Source: Gnetum montanum (lineage: Eukaryota; Plantae; Gnetophyta). Taken from it: a DNA stretch of 64,000 bases. Position numbers and translations under genes: made by a program. Positions 1 through 14,075 of the stretch are shown here, piece by piece. The notes beneath the pieces were generated by a model. The model did no database searches. It saw nothing but the letters and a program-made list of their open reading frames with translations, and was not told the DNA's origin. The stretch is taken from the NCBI GenBank assembly GCA_015680685.1, contig MNCI01002928.1, positions 147,857 through 211,856 on the forward strand, written 5' to 3'. The first letter of the stretch is position 1. Each line of letters begins with the position of its first letter.

Positions 1-206
1 GTTGCTGCGGTTGGGTAGGTAATTCCCCTTGCATTGTTGGAGCAGGAGGTGTTATGGGAACTACATGAGGAAAAGGTGCGGGTGGAGCTAGAGGATGGTC
101 AGAATGTGGAATGTCTCCCGGAGGAGAAGGAGTCCTTCTGAAGTACTCCCGAGCATAGTAGTGACGGCGTGGAGTGTGACTCATAGCATCATGACAATTG
201 TGAGCC
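1..206 (-). mobile_element. Fragment of the Pro-rich gag region of the Athila-like family also present at 55.6-60 kb
   Basis: Reverse complement of 1-206 (...GCTCCAACAATGCAAGGGGAATTACCTACCCAACCGCAGCAAC) aligns by eye with ~58480-58670 (...GCTCCAACAATGCAAGGGAAACTCCCCACTCAACCACAGCAAC). Confidence 0.75.
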
Positions 207-3200
207 TATGGAAAACCAACAATGAAATCCATACCAATGACATTCCATTTCCACTAGGAAATATCATGGGAATGCAAATATCCCCTAGGCCTTTGATGAT
301 CTATTTTCACTTATTGGTAAATCAAACATTGAGAGACATACTTCCCTACATTCCTCTTCACACCAAGCCATCAATACATCCATCATAAATCCTGGTACAT
401 CTTATCACTTCCTAAATGCATTTAGTATCTACTCATGTGGGCCTCATCCATCAACTAAAATCACAGAGCTTCTAGAACACATACTCAATCACATAACACA
501 CCATGACTATCCACAGAGAATGGTCCATCAAAGGGGATCTATTATCTCAATTCTCAATATCATGAATCATGCTACTGTTGCTTTTGAATCTATTCCTACA
601 AATCTAATTGAATAGTCAATCTATTAAGCTTACTTATCATCTTGATCAATGCATCAACTATTTATTAGTCTTTCCAAGCCTGTATCTAATAGTAAAATCA
701 AAATTAGCAAGTAACTCTACCCATCTACATTGTCAAAATTTTAACTATAGCTGACTCATAAGATATTAGATGCTCTTATGGTTAGTCCAAATAATAACAT
801 GATCTCCATATAGATAATGCCACCAAATCTTTAATGCAAATTTCATAACATCCAACTCTAGATTGTGCATGAGATATCAGGTTTCATATAGCCTCAATTG
901 ACGATATGCATAAGCCACAACTTATCCATCCCACATCAACAAACAATCAAATCCATCTCATGGGTATCCTAGTGTAGCAGATTCTAGCATCAGAGTAGTT
1001 ACCAACCTATGCTTCAATTCCTCAAATGTAGCCTAATAAGCTAAGATCTAAATAAAGCTAATCTTCTTCATCAATAGCTGAGTCAAAGGAGATGCTAGCT
1101 AAGAAAAATGCTATACAAATCTATGGTAATAACTTGCTAACCTCAAAACACTCTACGCATCTACAATTGACTATGATATTGGCCAATCATGAACAATTGT
1201 GATCTTTCCAAGATTCATAGAGATAACAGCTCCTAACATTGTATGCTCTAATAATTAAATCTCTCATTGCTAAAATAAATACTGTAATGGTTAAGTGTAA
1301 AGTTGGTACTTACTCAAAGTTTGTAATACTATCTACAAGTGTTCTGCATGAAACTTTTCATCAGAATAATATACCAAGATATCATCTATGAAAATAATCA
1401 AAAGCTAATCTAAAAATAATAGCATTACACTATTCATGAGGTTCATGAAAACTATTGATGCATTTGTTAACCAAAATGGAAGAACCAAAAACTCATGATA
1501 ACCATATTAAATTCTAAATTTTATCTTTGACACATCTTGCTCATGAACCCACACCTAATGATATCCAAATTTGAGAGTGATCTTTGAAAACACATGAGCT
1601 TCCTAAAGTTGATCAAACAATTCATCAATGCACAATACAAGATATCTGTCTTTCATAGTCACCTAGTTTAACTACATGTAATCTATGCATAGCTGCAAAA
1701 TCCCATTCTTCTTTTTAAAAAATAACATGGGTGCATCCCATGGTGATATGCTAGGATGAATGAGATCTTTGTCAAGTAATTCCTATATCTAGATCTTCAA
1801 CTCTACTAGCTTTATGGAAGACATCTTGTGTGGAGCTTTTGAAATAGGCTCTATACCTAGTTTAAATTAGATTTCAAACTTAATCTCTCACCTTTGTGTC
1901 AAACCTAATAATTTTTATTGGAATACATTAGGAAATTCCTAAACCACAAGGATCTAATTTATCTCCACCATGTCTATTTTATACACTATGACCACAAAGA
2001 ATCCATATCATTTTCAAAGCATCCTATTGTACATCTAAGAGGAGATCAAATCCAGGTGCATAAATCCTGAATGAGTTTGTATCTCAATTAGATCATCATT
2101 AACTCACTATAATCTTAGGAGCTTTTTCTGATAGTTGAAATTGGCATTGAACTATGACAACCAATCCATCTCCAAAATTACATCATATAGTTTGAGATCC
2201 ATGACATACAAATCATTAACCCACTATAGACCTTTTAATCCTACCAACACACTTATACACAATTGATCAACTCAAGTCTCATGACTCCTAGAAAAAGATA
2301 CTATTAACCTAGGGGCAAGAGAAGAACATGAAAGAGGTACCTGATGTGCAACACTAGGATCTAAAAAAGAATGGCTAGCACTTAGATCAAATAAAATCAA
2401 TTCATCAAAGCCCAAAATCATACCTTCCATCTTCATCATTATGTTTGGTTGCATGTCCAACAACTAGTCTATTAAGGTATACACCCATCCCTGGGTCCTC
2501 TAGTCCACTCCTCCTAATTGAGCAATAGGTGTTCTATGTCCATCCTAAAATGGTGGTTCCTATCATTGGCTCCTACCTCCTCCACTACTACCTACCTACT
2601 TTAGACACTCCCTAGCCTAATGTCCTAGCTACCCACATGCAAAATAATTTTGGCAATCCCTTTATAGATGGCTAGACTACCTACATTTATAAAAAATAAT
2701 ATATTAGCTCCACTAGTAGGGTCATGAGCTTGTATGGGGCACTCACCTCCATGTCCAAGAGCTTGCAAGGAGGAGCAAGGCCTACCTCCAGATGTCAATC
2801 CTCTCTTCTACCCATGCTACCTCTCTCTATGAGTTGCATCCTCTTGATAGCTTTTCCCTAAATCCATAGCAACTACTCTAGTCTCATCATAGGTTGTCAA
2901 TTTAAGGGGTAGCATGTGATCCTTCAAAAAGGGTTTCAAACCTCTAACAAATTTGTTTGCATGTGCCTAAGCATCTATATGCATTTTGGGTGAATAGTTG
3001 CTAAGCTTAGAGAAATGAGCATCATACTCTACCATAGATCAAATACCCTAATAAAAATGGCAAAATTCCTCCTCATTAGAATGGACATATTAGATAGACA
3101 CATAATGACCTTTGAAAGATATCAAAAAATCATCCCATGTCACCTCAATTCTAGTCTATCCCTTGGCCTGCTCCTTAGTTTTTCACCAACACCAAGTAAT

Positions 3201-3477
3201 GGTAACCAACTAATATACTACCAATCAAGTTTAGTTAATCGATAAGAAGGCCATCAAATCAAAAACATTTTTGAACTCCTTCAACCACTCTATAGCTGCA
3301 GTAGGATCCTTGGTACCATCAAATTTAGGAGGTCCTATCTTCTAAAACTATTCTACTAGTTTTGCTAACAAGTTGCCTATTTGAATCCATTGAGCCTTCA
3401 CTACCACTACCACTTCCTACTTCCCTAATAGTGGGAATGGGAGTGCCATAGATATCATATAACATTAAAGTTGACTA

Positions 3478-3489
3478 GCTCTAATACCA
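3478..3489 (-). promoter_or_regulatory. Primer-binding site (tRNA-iMet type) of the Tekay-like element
   Basis: Reverse complement TGGTATTAGAGC (canonical TGGTATCAGAGC with one C>T), 3 nt from the LTR terminus TGTAAC at 3493. Confidence 0.85.
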
Positions 3490-3492
3490 CTA

Positions 3493-6052
3493 TGTAACCT
3501 CCCATCCTATCACTTTTGGNATACATAAAATAAAAATTTGTACTAATCACAGGATACAAAAACATAAACATCATGTACATAAGAGTATAGTGAAGGTTAT
3601 ACAAATATGAACAATCTATAGTACTATGCATGGAAATATACATCAACTAATTCTCAATGACATTCCTCTTCTTTGCTCTCTCAATTATCACTTATACCTA
3701 TGCAATGTCCACCTACAACTAAATAAAGTTAATATAAAATTGAGTGGAAAGCCTTTATACTTCCCCTACTAGACGATCAACAAGTGTTGCAGTGGAGGAA
3801 AGGAATGGGGTACAAGGCAACGTACATTAATTATCAGTCTTGTGCATGCTCTAAGCAACACATGTACATACAATATCACACATAGCATTAGCATAATCCT
3901 TACTATACTGAATAGATGTGTATCACATAGTTGTAGATATAATCTCAAACATAATCAATCATACACCTGTTATACCACATCACATGCATCTCCATTATCA
4001 TGCTCATACAATCATACCCACTCCATACCATCAAGCAACATAAGGACCATAAAACCATAGAATAATCATAAGATATATCATCAATGCTATGGCTCGCAAA
4101 TCAATACCATATATATAGCTTAGACATGTGGTTACTAGCATATCCACACTCACCGTAGCATGTGAAACCATAGAGCAACCATTGCTTGTAGGTTTTTTAT
4201 TAGTATTTTATTTACTTAACTAGTGCTTGGTTTCATCAACATATGACCAATAACCATTAGCCATCTAGAGGACTAGCTATAGGAATGAACACACCTATGT
4301 CATGTACCAACCATAGGGACAGACACACTTATGCTTTTCCATTCTTAGGATAAGGCTTGAGATAGGAGCCTCACTAATGCATCATAGTGAGGGTCAATCG
4401 ATAACTACTTCCAGGATGCCTGATCACCAATCAACCCACACCCTTATGTTAGCACTACAAGCATCGTTGAGAAAACATGTAAAAATTTATGCTAGCCCAA
4501 GCCAATACATGTTGCAACCATAAGAAATTCAAGAAAATATAACATGACCACATATATCCACACCTAATAATCACATTTATTTCATGAAAAAAATGCCACA
4601 ACATGACTTAATAAAACTTCGTGCCACAAAGATACTTCTTGAACTACATATAATTTCATAAAACTGACCACTATTGTAACCTCTAAGATGATAAATGCCA
4701 AAAGAGAAATTAAATTTCATGAATAGAAAGTATATCAAAAGATGATTTCAATGACACTAATTTCACCTCAATTGGACTCTTGGAAACAAAGTTTTATGTG
4801 TTTAAAATTTAATTAACAAATAATAATATTTAATTATAGATAGTAATAATTAAAACTTCTAGAAACTCCTACATAAAACTAGGTCCATATAATATAATAT
4901 TCTGACCCTATTAGTCTCATCAACATTACATCTAATATTTCACAAGTTCCATAATTTTATACATCACATATTTATTCATAAATAATGTGCAACCAAAACA
5001 ATAAAATTTCTAGAAATTTGCAATATAATACATCCAAACTTAATCTTTTAACTATCTACCTCACATGCCCATATTGCATGATCATATATACTAATCTAGC
5101 ATACAAATATAGGCAAAGGTAAAGATAAACCTACAATCAAAATTATTTAAGCAGAAAGTCCAAAATTAGCATGAAATCCTCAAAAACTCGGCAAGATGTG
5201 GTTTCGCTCTAAACAAGTACTATACCCATGTAGATATGATCACAACAAATCTAAATTCAAGTTTAGAGGAAGAAAAATCCTTCCACAAAGCTAAAATTTC
5301 AAAGAAAGAGTGGACAAATAGAAAAAAACTAAAGAAAAAGGGAATAATAGACTCAAACTTCATTTTTTTCATACAAACAAAAGAAAAAATAGAAATCCAA
5401 ATCATCAAGGTATGTAGTGTGAGAGATAGTGGAAGAATATGTTATTTTTGTTTTAAACTATGTTTGAAACATATGCTTATATAAAGAAATTTTCATGCAC
5501 ATTACACATCACTTGAAAAATCCAATTTTACTTTATTTTTTTAATGAAAATTTTTAACATTTTTTATAAGTTTGTTCTTTCATTTTTCCCTTTCTTAACT
5601 AATACTCCACACTTCAAACATGTATAACAAATACAATGGAATGCCAAATTAAAATTTGTTTGAACCTATGAGATCAATATCAAATACACTACACATCCAC
5701 AACCTAAAATCACATCCAAGCTACATACAACATAGTGCAACGATTCAAATGCATGAATTCTAAAATCATACATAAAGCATAAATACATATCAAATAGTTT
5801 CTCTTGTACTACAATCCAACACCCTTGCTAGCCACATCACTTGTCTAACATATTGCACAAGACTAGTATGTATAGTCATGTTAGTTAAGCATCTAAAGAC
5901 ATCATAATAATAACATATAGGCTAAAGCTTCATAACATATACAGTGTAATTATAACAAACTAACTCATCCCTAATCACCCATCGAGACCACAAACATAAT
6001 ATTTAAATCATAATCATACTATCATATCCAACGTCTCTAGAAGGATGTAATA
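3493..6052 (-). repeat. Long 5' LTR of the Tekay-like element (distal end uncertain)
   Basis: Starts TGTAACCTCCC next to the PBS and is non-coding. Possible degenerate end GGATGTAATA at ~6043-6052. No partner LTR in the window. Confidence 0.55.
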
Positions 6053-8529
6053 CCAAGTCTAAAGAAAGGGTGCTTTTGAGGCTTGTGCTCAAAACCAATC
6101 AAATTATCATTCACTTACACATATATAGCTCTAGTAGCATGCTTCTATTTTGGTTATGAAGGTGTCTTTCCTTATGTTTATGGAGGTTGATGTTGGAGAA
6201 AATAAGATTATATAATGATTTAGAATGGATGGGAGATGGATGAGAAGGGTATGGCTATTATTTAGAACTAAAAGTGAAAGGTCTATGGTATTTTGATGGA
6301 TATTAGTAGTGAAGAAATGAGTTTGAGTAGCTACAACATTACAAGAAATAATTTTTTGGACATATTATCTATGGAATTTAGTTACCTATAAGGATACTAT
6401 TTCCTTAGTGGTGGTATCTACTATGACTCTGAGGCTTTTCACTATTGATAATACTATTATTGAGGTTGAGAAAGAGTTTCACTTGGATAGTATTATTGAT
6501 TTTAAAATTAATTGTAGTTGTTTTGTAATAATGTAACCTCCTAGGTATTTTCTTTTTGATAGACTTGGGTTTAATGCATACACCCATGACTCTTATAAAT
6601 GTGACATACTAGGGTTAGGATTCTCAAACTGGCACAAGTCATATCCATCATCATTAGTTGAATTTGAGTCATCAATCTCCTCAGTAGTAAGAATTTTGCA
6701 TTTTTTCCTATATATGTTCTTTCTTATTTATTATTTATTCTTTTTATTCTCATCTCATGTAAAAGCCTGCTTTAATTTTTCCTCTAGTATTTTAACTATA
6801 GTTATAAATTTTTCATCCACTAAATCATAGATTTTCTTCTTCGTAATTATAATTTTAGTAATAAACATTTGGATGGGTAAGATTTTCCACTAAACTATCT
6901 GTTATAATAGTGCTTCTTCCTCTTGCTTGTAGAGATGGATTTTCTTTAAGAAGAAAGGAATATGAAAAATCATGAACTTACAAAGAAAATTAAATGTCAA
7001 CTTTACCATCTTCAAAACAAGTCATTTAATTCACGTATGACCTTACAATTTATAGGAAATAATTGGGTCCATACTTGGAAAAACTAAGAATTCATTCCCC
7101 ATAGTGAAAATAAAGAAATTTATGCAAAATAAAGGTGAGTTGGTGCCAAAAATAGTTTATATCCATCCATTAATTGAAAAAAAAATTAAAATAATTTTAC
7201 TTTATGTACATTTTTCTTCATGTAGGTAGAGCATTGGACACTACTCGTTAATCCAAAATATCTCTTCTGTCATATGACTTGAAAAAAATCATAGCAAGGA
7301 TATTTAAGGTGAGCTCTACATTGTGATATATAATCAATAAAAATTAGGATTGTTCTTTCAAGTTCAAGAATCTCACTCAACAAAAAGTCCATCAAAATAA
7401 GCTTAAATTAAACTAAACCCCCTGTTCATGTATCTTTACTAGACTATTTGATAATATACCATTCATATATTGTACAGAGAAGAAATTTTTCATATTTTCT
7501 AAAGCTACCCATGCCCAAACATGATAATCAGTAACATAATTGATTTCAAACCTTGACCAAAAATTCAAAGTTGAAATAAAACTTCTATGTGGAAACTTGA
7601 GCTTTGTAGCTTTAGGAATGGTGTTTTGATATCCATAAACTTGTGTACGACATTTCGATGAGAGCTTAAAGACCTTGCATGTTTCTAGATGAGATCAAAA
7701 TCTACCACTTAGTATCTCCTCATTGTACATACGAGCTTCCACCTTTATCATATTAGGCTTTATGAAATCATAAAGCTCATATGCCTTCTTAACACTAATG
7801 TTGATGAAGCATTCTGTGTTTCCTTTGAAGCATAGCTTATCTTTCTCATACATAGTTTTAGCTATTAGGTGGTTTATAATATCCCTTATAATATTTTTCC
7901 TAGGTTTGAAACCAAGCTTATGAAAGTCTATCTTCTCATAAATCTCTTACAAGTCTTCCCTAGTTTCTAAAATTTTGAGCTCTATCTTTTCTATTAAATC
8001 ATGATCCTCATTGAAGTTGAATAACTATTTTTCTTCCACCTCCAAATCCAAATACCCAACATCAATTCATTATCAAAGTTGGTATATATTGAGCTTGAGA
8101 TATTGGACATAATCTAAAATCCCAAAAGTGTTGATGTCCTAGAACTTCTATAGTGCTTATACCCTCTTCTTATACGACATTTTAAAAAGGACTTTGAGAA
8201 AGCTTTTCTTCACATTTAAAAGTGTAGCTCTTGCTCTACTTCAATGTTTAATTCTATTTGCTAATGACTCTATGATTCAAAATCTAGCATGAGCTTGCCC
8301 ATCAATACTTGAAGCTTCATTTTTTTTTTTAATTTGCTCACCAAAGACAAGTTGTTTGAATCATCTTTTGACACATGTCATAAGTTTTAATTTCACCAAC
8401 CTAATCCATTGATGCTATTAAATAACCATAGGCTTAGTACAAATAGTTTTATCTTAAGAATTACCTCACCTTTTATTAGCTCTTAATTTTTCCTTAAAAT
8501 GGTCAAGAGTAATTGAGCTAACACGACAT

Positions 8530-9825
8530 AGTAGAACCACTTTGTAGAACCATTATTTGCTCTATTTAGCATAGGCTTCTTTAATACTTATATTTATAGA
8601 ATCCATTAACACTTTGTAGAACCAATACTTGATTCTACAATACTTCTAATTACGTGGCACATGATTAAGCTTTGATATCTCTTAATTTCCTCTTTGTTGA
8701 TTCTGTGGCTTGATAAGCTATATACAATTGTAGATTCAATTCATTATTTGTAGCAAGTATTATATCTAATTTTCTACATTAGAGCCTCCTTATACTTCTA
8801 TATAGCTTATATAATCATTTCTTAGAACTATTTTTTTGGTTCTACAAGCTTCTCCCTTTTATTTAGTGCTAAAATGGAAGAGGTGTTTTGTAGCTAGCTC
8901 ATAAAACTAATTTATAGAACCACATTTTGAATCTACAAATTTCTTTTTCTTACTTTGGCTAATGTGGTAGAATAGTTTTAGACTTGTATAATTTCTCTTT
9001 GATTCTACAAACTCATCCTTTTATATTCTAAGCTTAAGCAGCATTAGGTTTTCTTTAAATTCTTGAGGAACTTTCTTACACTGAATTTAACTCAACTAGA
9101 TTAAAAACTATAATTAGCCACGTGCAGAATAATCTTTAGTACACCCTATGTCTAAGCTTTATACTTTTGGCATTGATGTGGCTTGTAGAACCATTTCAAA
9201 GCTCATTTGTAGACCCAAATTTTATTCTACAAACTCACACTATATGAGAGATCACATGGCTTGTAGAACCATTTTGTAGAATCAACTTTTGATTCTATGT
9301 AGCTCACCTTCTTGAGTCTTATATAGTTAATAATGAAAGCTTCTCTAAATTAATTCTACAACTTCTTAAGATACTGGCTCCTTAAAATAATCTTTTCTTA
9401 CCCAACTTATATGGTACATGGGTTTTACCCATAAAGCCAAACTTCACATTTTCATATAAAATTAAATCCCATAGTAATACAAAGCTCTTTTTCAACCCTA
9501 GCCAACTAATGTGGTAGATTTAATGTAGAAGCTCTTTGTACAACTAATATTTGGTTCTACGAACCTTCCCTAATTCTATGAACAAACCAACTAAGGGCTA
9601 ACATGAATTATAAAACTTTATTAGAGCTCTCTTGTAGAACTAACTCATAGATCTACTCTTTGATTCTACAAAGCTATTCTAATTTTACAAGATGATGTGA
9701 CATATAGAGCTAATTGAGCCCATGGCTGTAGAATCTTATTTTACTATATATGTTATATAAAGCTAACATGATTTGTAGAATCAATTTGAAAGCTTCTTTT
9801 AGAACCAATTTTTGGTTCTATGAAT
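8530..9825. repeat. Dispersed array of an imperfect ~27-bp palindrome TTGTAGAACCAA-N(3-5)-TTGGTTCTACAA
   Basis: About 10 full or half copies, e.g. 8613 TTGTAGAACCAATACTTGATTCTACAA, ~8823, ~8916, ~9207, ~9261-9298, ~9536, 9800 TAGAACCAATTTTTGGTTCTA. Confidence 0.75.
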
Positions 9826-11614
9826 CATTCCAACTTAGTGAGATGATGTGGCTTAATAATAGTAATTCTCTTTTATCAAACTAATCCTACTCCTTAAAAT
9901 CCTTAATCTTTCAACATTTAATAATAAATTTTTAACTCAATAATTTGTGATAAACTATTTTCACTAATTCTAGTCCTAACATGAGCTAAAACCAATTCTT
10001 TCAGCTCTACAAAACAATCTCTATCGATTCAAATCCGAACTAAGAAGTTTTAATAAGAAGTAACAATATTTTAAATTAGGTTATCTCTTTTCAAACTTTG
10101 TTCTTAAAGCTTAATCATATAGTACTACACTAGGGTATCTTATAAAATTGAATTTGGCTCAAAACTTAGTTTTTTATGTTAATTCTCTAAAACTTGACTA
10201 ATAAGTTCAATTGTTAAACAAATTCTAAACTTTTGACATGCTTAAAATTTCTATTATTTGAAATCATTTTTAGAATCTTAGCTAAAATAAGCTAATCCTT
10301 TTTTTAGCATCTCTGCAAACAACTTACCTTTGAAAGTTTCATTCTTCAGCCAAGGCTCTTTCTTATGCGCATTTGTGTTTGGGAAAATATAACTTATGAG
10401 ACAAAATTTGATGTGCATTCAGAATATTTTCTTTCAAGCTTGTTAAGAATATTTCTTATCTGAACAACATAATTGACTCATCTTAAGCATACTTCATCAA
10501 TTAACCAATCCTTTTATCAAGAAACTTTATAAAAATTTTCAAAACTAGCTTGATACTTATAGTATTTTCTATTGCATGGTAATAGCAATTATTGTGATAA
10601 CACTTATGTATTTGAGCTTAAACTAATTTTTTAGTTTAACATAACTAGTTTTAGGAACAAGATAAGTTATTATTTTGTAATATAATATTTCATTCTCAAT
10701 TAACATATGAATTAATTCTCTTACTATCACAATTATAGCATTAATTATTATCAGTTCTACTATCATTTTTCACTACCATCATTATAACTTTATTACTATT
10801 GCTACCATCTCACTAACTACTCTCACCCCAAAATAATATCATATTACTCTTATATTTTATTTTCAAATCCTTGGAAATATAAATTACCTTGTTTGAATAA
10901 TAAATTTTGAATTCCTATATATTTTACTTAAACATCCATTTTCTATATACTAGCATAGTGGTACCAAAGCAAAGGTAAAGTATCTTTTAATTTCAAATAT
11001 TTTAAAAATAAATAAATATCAAGATACAATATAAGTTATGATAGAAGTAAAATAATTTCATCTTAACCTTGGCATATGGAGTATCTACTTGAATTAAATG
11101 ATTTTTTTTATATCATTAAAGATGGAATTCAATAAATTGAATATCCAAATACATTGAATAATAGAGAATTTGAGGCTTTATAAAGGGTTTCTTAGGCTTT
11201 ATAGAGGTTTTCCAAAAGTAGAGGATTTTCAAGCCTTTGTAAAGGGTTTTCTAATGCTTTACAAAGGATTTTTTGAGTATGGTTTTTAAATGAGGATTTT
11301 GTTTCTTCAATGAGGGCTAGTAGAGTGGGTTTCACTACTTGACTTCATTAAACATATTACACAAATTACTAAGTCTAAACTACATGAGATTTTTATTCAA
11401 CTAAAAGTCTTATTTAAATGGTAAAAGGCTCTTCAAGATAGATAGGAAGTATTTATTTACAATCAAGAAATGATCTCTAAATGAATGCAAAAATAAAAAG
11501 AAACACCATAGAAACAAAAGATTATAATAAAAGAACATATAGTAGTAATGGATTAGGATAACAGTAACTTTGAAAATCTCATTCATACCACAAACATCAT
11601 ACCTACAAAGAAAG

Positions 11615-12943
11615 TGTGGACCATTGCACTTAGAAGGGGTAGGATGAATAATTTTCCCAAATCAAAACTTTTTCAGACAAAGCGCACACACTAAATTTAA
11701 CGAGGTTTCCCAACTTGGGAAGTCCACACTTGGAAGATAGATCGCAAGCACACCTCTGGACTTTGTTTCTCTCAAATGTGGTTTGAAGGATCCACACCTT
11801 ATACAGTCTTCAAGCTTTACTTCGAAGTGTTATGCTACAATGTCAACCACTCAACCCCGCAAGATCTTGTTAGGCTTAGAATGTGGTTTCTAGCCTTCCA
11901 TAACCTTTACAATCTTAAGCTCCACTCTAGAGTATTATGTCACAACATCAAACACACAATCCCATAGGATACTGACAAGCTCAAGCAAGATGCCTTCCCA
12001 CAAGAAGCACAACAACCTTGTAAGGTAATAAGGGAGAACAATTAGAAGGGATAAATGCAACTTAATTTGTTGATCCTAGCACTTTAAGGTACAACACACT
12101 TTACAATGAACAAATGATGATACAATGAAGAGCAATAAAGATTACAATGATTGAAAAAATGATTATATAATTATCGTACATAAGCTTTCACTTTTTTCAA
12201 TGCATATGATGTCTTCTTATAGCTGTCATGTTTCTAAATCCATTTTATAACTCATGCAACAGCTAGGCAATGGTCACTAAAGGTCATGGAAGATGTCTTC
12301 TTCATGCCTAAGATGTCTTTCTACTTTTTCCTTCTATTCTGGAAAGAATTCTTTGTCTAGGAAAGACATCTTTCTAAAATCTCCATTCTAGGAAGACATC
12401 TTTGTCTGATGGAAGATATCTTTCTGAATCTAGCCTGCATTCTATGAAGAAGTCTTTCTCTAGTGAATATGTCTTTGCCTAAGGAATGACATTTGCTATT
12501 TCTTAAAGATGTCTTTATTTGAGTTTACTTTAATTCTACCAAGACATCTACTATTTTCCAAAGAATTATTTCTTCACCTTTCTTTGTCATTTGAATTCTT
12601 TGTTCTTTTTCATGTTCATCAAACTTCTATAATCTTTCTTGTCTTGATCTCTTCATTCCTTGTTCACAACGTAGATCTTTCACATCCTTTAATGATGACA
12701 AATTTGCTTGTATAGTATCTAGTCCTCATCAACATTCTTTGAAATTCTTGTATGTTCATTTGATACCTCATGGATGACCTTCTCCTTTGACTTCGAAACC
12801 AATTCATTTCTTGTCATCTTTGTAGGCTTTAACTCATCTTGTTTTCCCATGTACATTGTCCTACAAACATAATAACCATACAACCATTTAAAAAACCTTT
12901 GATTGCATTTTACTTAACATTTTGACAAACCGAAAGGTCCATA
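11615..12943 (-). repeat. 3' LTR of a Sirevirus (SIRE/Maximus)-like Ty1/copia element
   Basis: Terminal inverted repeats TGTGGACC...GGTCCA(T)A. Degenerate Sirevirus-type end motif (AGAAGGGGTAGGATGAATA, compare GAGGGGGGTGAATA). Internal palindromic AAGA(C/T)(A/G)TCTT repeats at 12290-12550. PPT ATCTCCCCCTTTTTG directly adjacent at 12944. Confidence 0.75.
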
Positions 12944-14075
12944 ATCTCCCCCTTTTTGGTGATGTTCAAAACTTAAGAAAATGGGTTAGTGATCATACAA
13001 ATATAATCATACTATTTTCCCCCTTTTTGAATAGCAGCAAAAAGGATAAGACACATAAACTAGGGAGAGAGTATTTATAAAAGCGTAGTATAAAATAAGC
13101 ATAATCAACAAGCATGGTAGAATCCCAAAAAAGTTAGCAAGTAACAAATTTAATTAAAGAGCAAACATTTTTTAGCACTAACTTCCATGAGGAGTTGCCC
13201 CTAATTTATCAAGAACTAATCCAAGCCTTTCTGAGTGATACCTAAACTTAAAGCTTGAAGTGAAGTATAAGCCTTAAAGATCAAGTAACCTATCTCAAAT
13301 GAATCATTAGTAGAGCATGGTTCTTTTAATGTTAAAATGTGCTCCATCTTTGTAAACCATCAACAAAAGAATACATCTTCACAAGGTGAGATCAATCATG
13401 CCATATTTTAAATTCTTAAGCTAGGAAGTATGTCTCAAGGAAAACTACTTAAAGGATGTTTCAATCAAAATCATGGATACTTTGCCAAAATTAGAATGAT
13501 CATGTGCTTACTCATATTGTTGTAAGGAATAATATCACTATTTGCTTTCTTTTTAAAGATATATGTACTTCTTACTTCATCTTATGCTTGAATATCAAAT
13601 AGGTAGGCTAATGGTACATTAAGACTTGCTCTTATCAGTTCCAAATAAGGATCTACAACTAATCAAAAAGCAACAACACATGATTTGATGTTAAAGAACA
13701 AGTATAGATCAAGCAACCTATCTAATTGAAACAAATATCTCATTAGAACTTGTATCTTCATATTCAACCAGAAATTTGGAAAACATCAACAAAAAGGATA
13801 TGGGAGTCATGAAAGAAACATGCATATTTTGCTTTTCAAATAAGGCAATGTCACAAACAAAACCATTTTAAAAAATTATAATCATGCCAAAGGATATCAC
13901 AAATTTAATACTTAGCCATCCACTTAAAAAATACCTCTTGATGTTATCTTACTCATTTTAGAATGTTTTGTTGTTTTAGTGTGTCTTGGTTGAAGTTTCC
14001 AAAGACTCCCCCTACATTGGTGATCTCCAAGATGGTGATGGAAAATGAGGAATAGGCTCCCCCTACACATTTGCT
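12944..14075 (-). mobile_element. Multiple-PPT internal region of the Sirevirus-like element
   Basis: Repeated (C)TCCCCCT tracts at ~12946, ~13017, ~14006 and ~14058. Multiple PPTs upstream of the 3' LTR are a known Sirevirus trait. Confidence 0.6.

Larger units (their letters stand above)
207..6052 (-). mobile_element. Degenerate, 3'-truncated Ty3/gypsy chromovirus (Tekay/Del-like): 5' LTR, PBS, gag, PR, RT, RH, N-terminal integrase
   Basis: Minus-strand motifs: zinc knuckle YKCR*SSHL*RDCQ (~2655-2690), protease LILFDLSASHSF (~2370-2400), RT IIFIDDIL (~1375-1398), RNase H MHNLELDVMKFALKIWWHYLYG (~805-870), integrase QVKIDHQRPRG...WKWNVIGMDFIVGFP (207-315). Right boundary is approximate. Confidence 0.88.

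Noticed and set aside
8530-9825. CRISPR interpretation of the palindrome array
   Set aside because: Spacing is highly irregular, repeats are degenerate and the context is eukaryotic; kept only as a dispersed motif.
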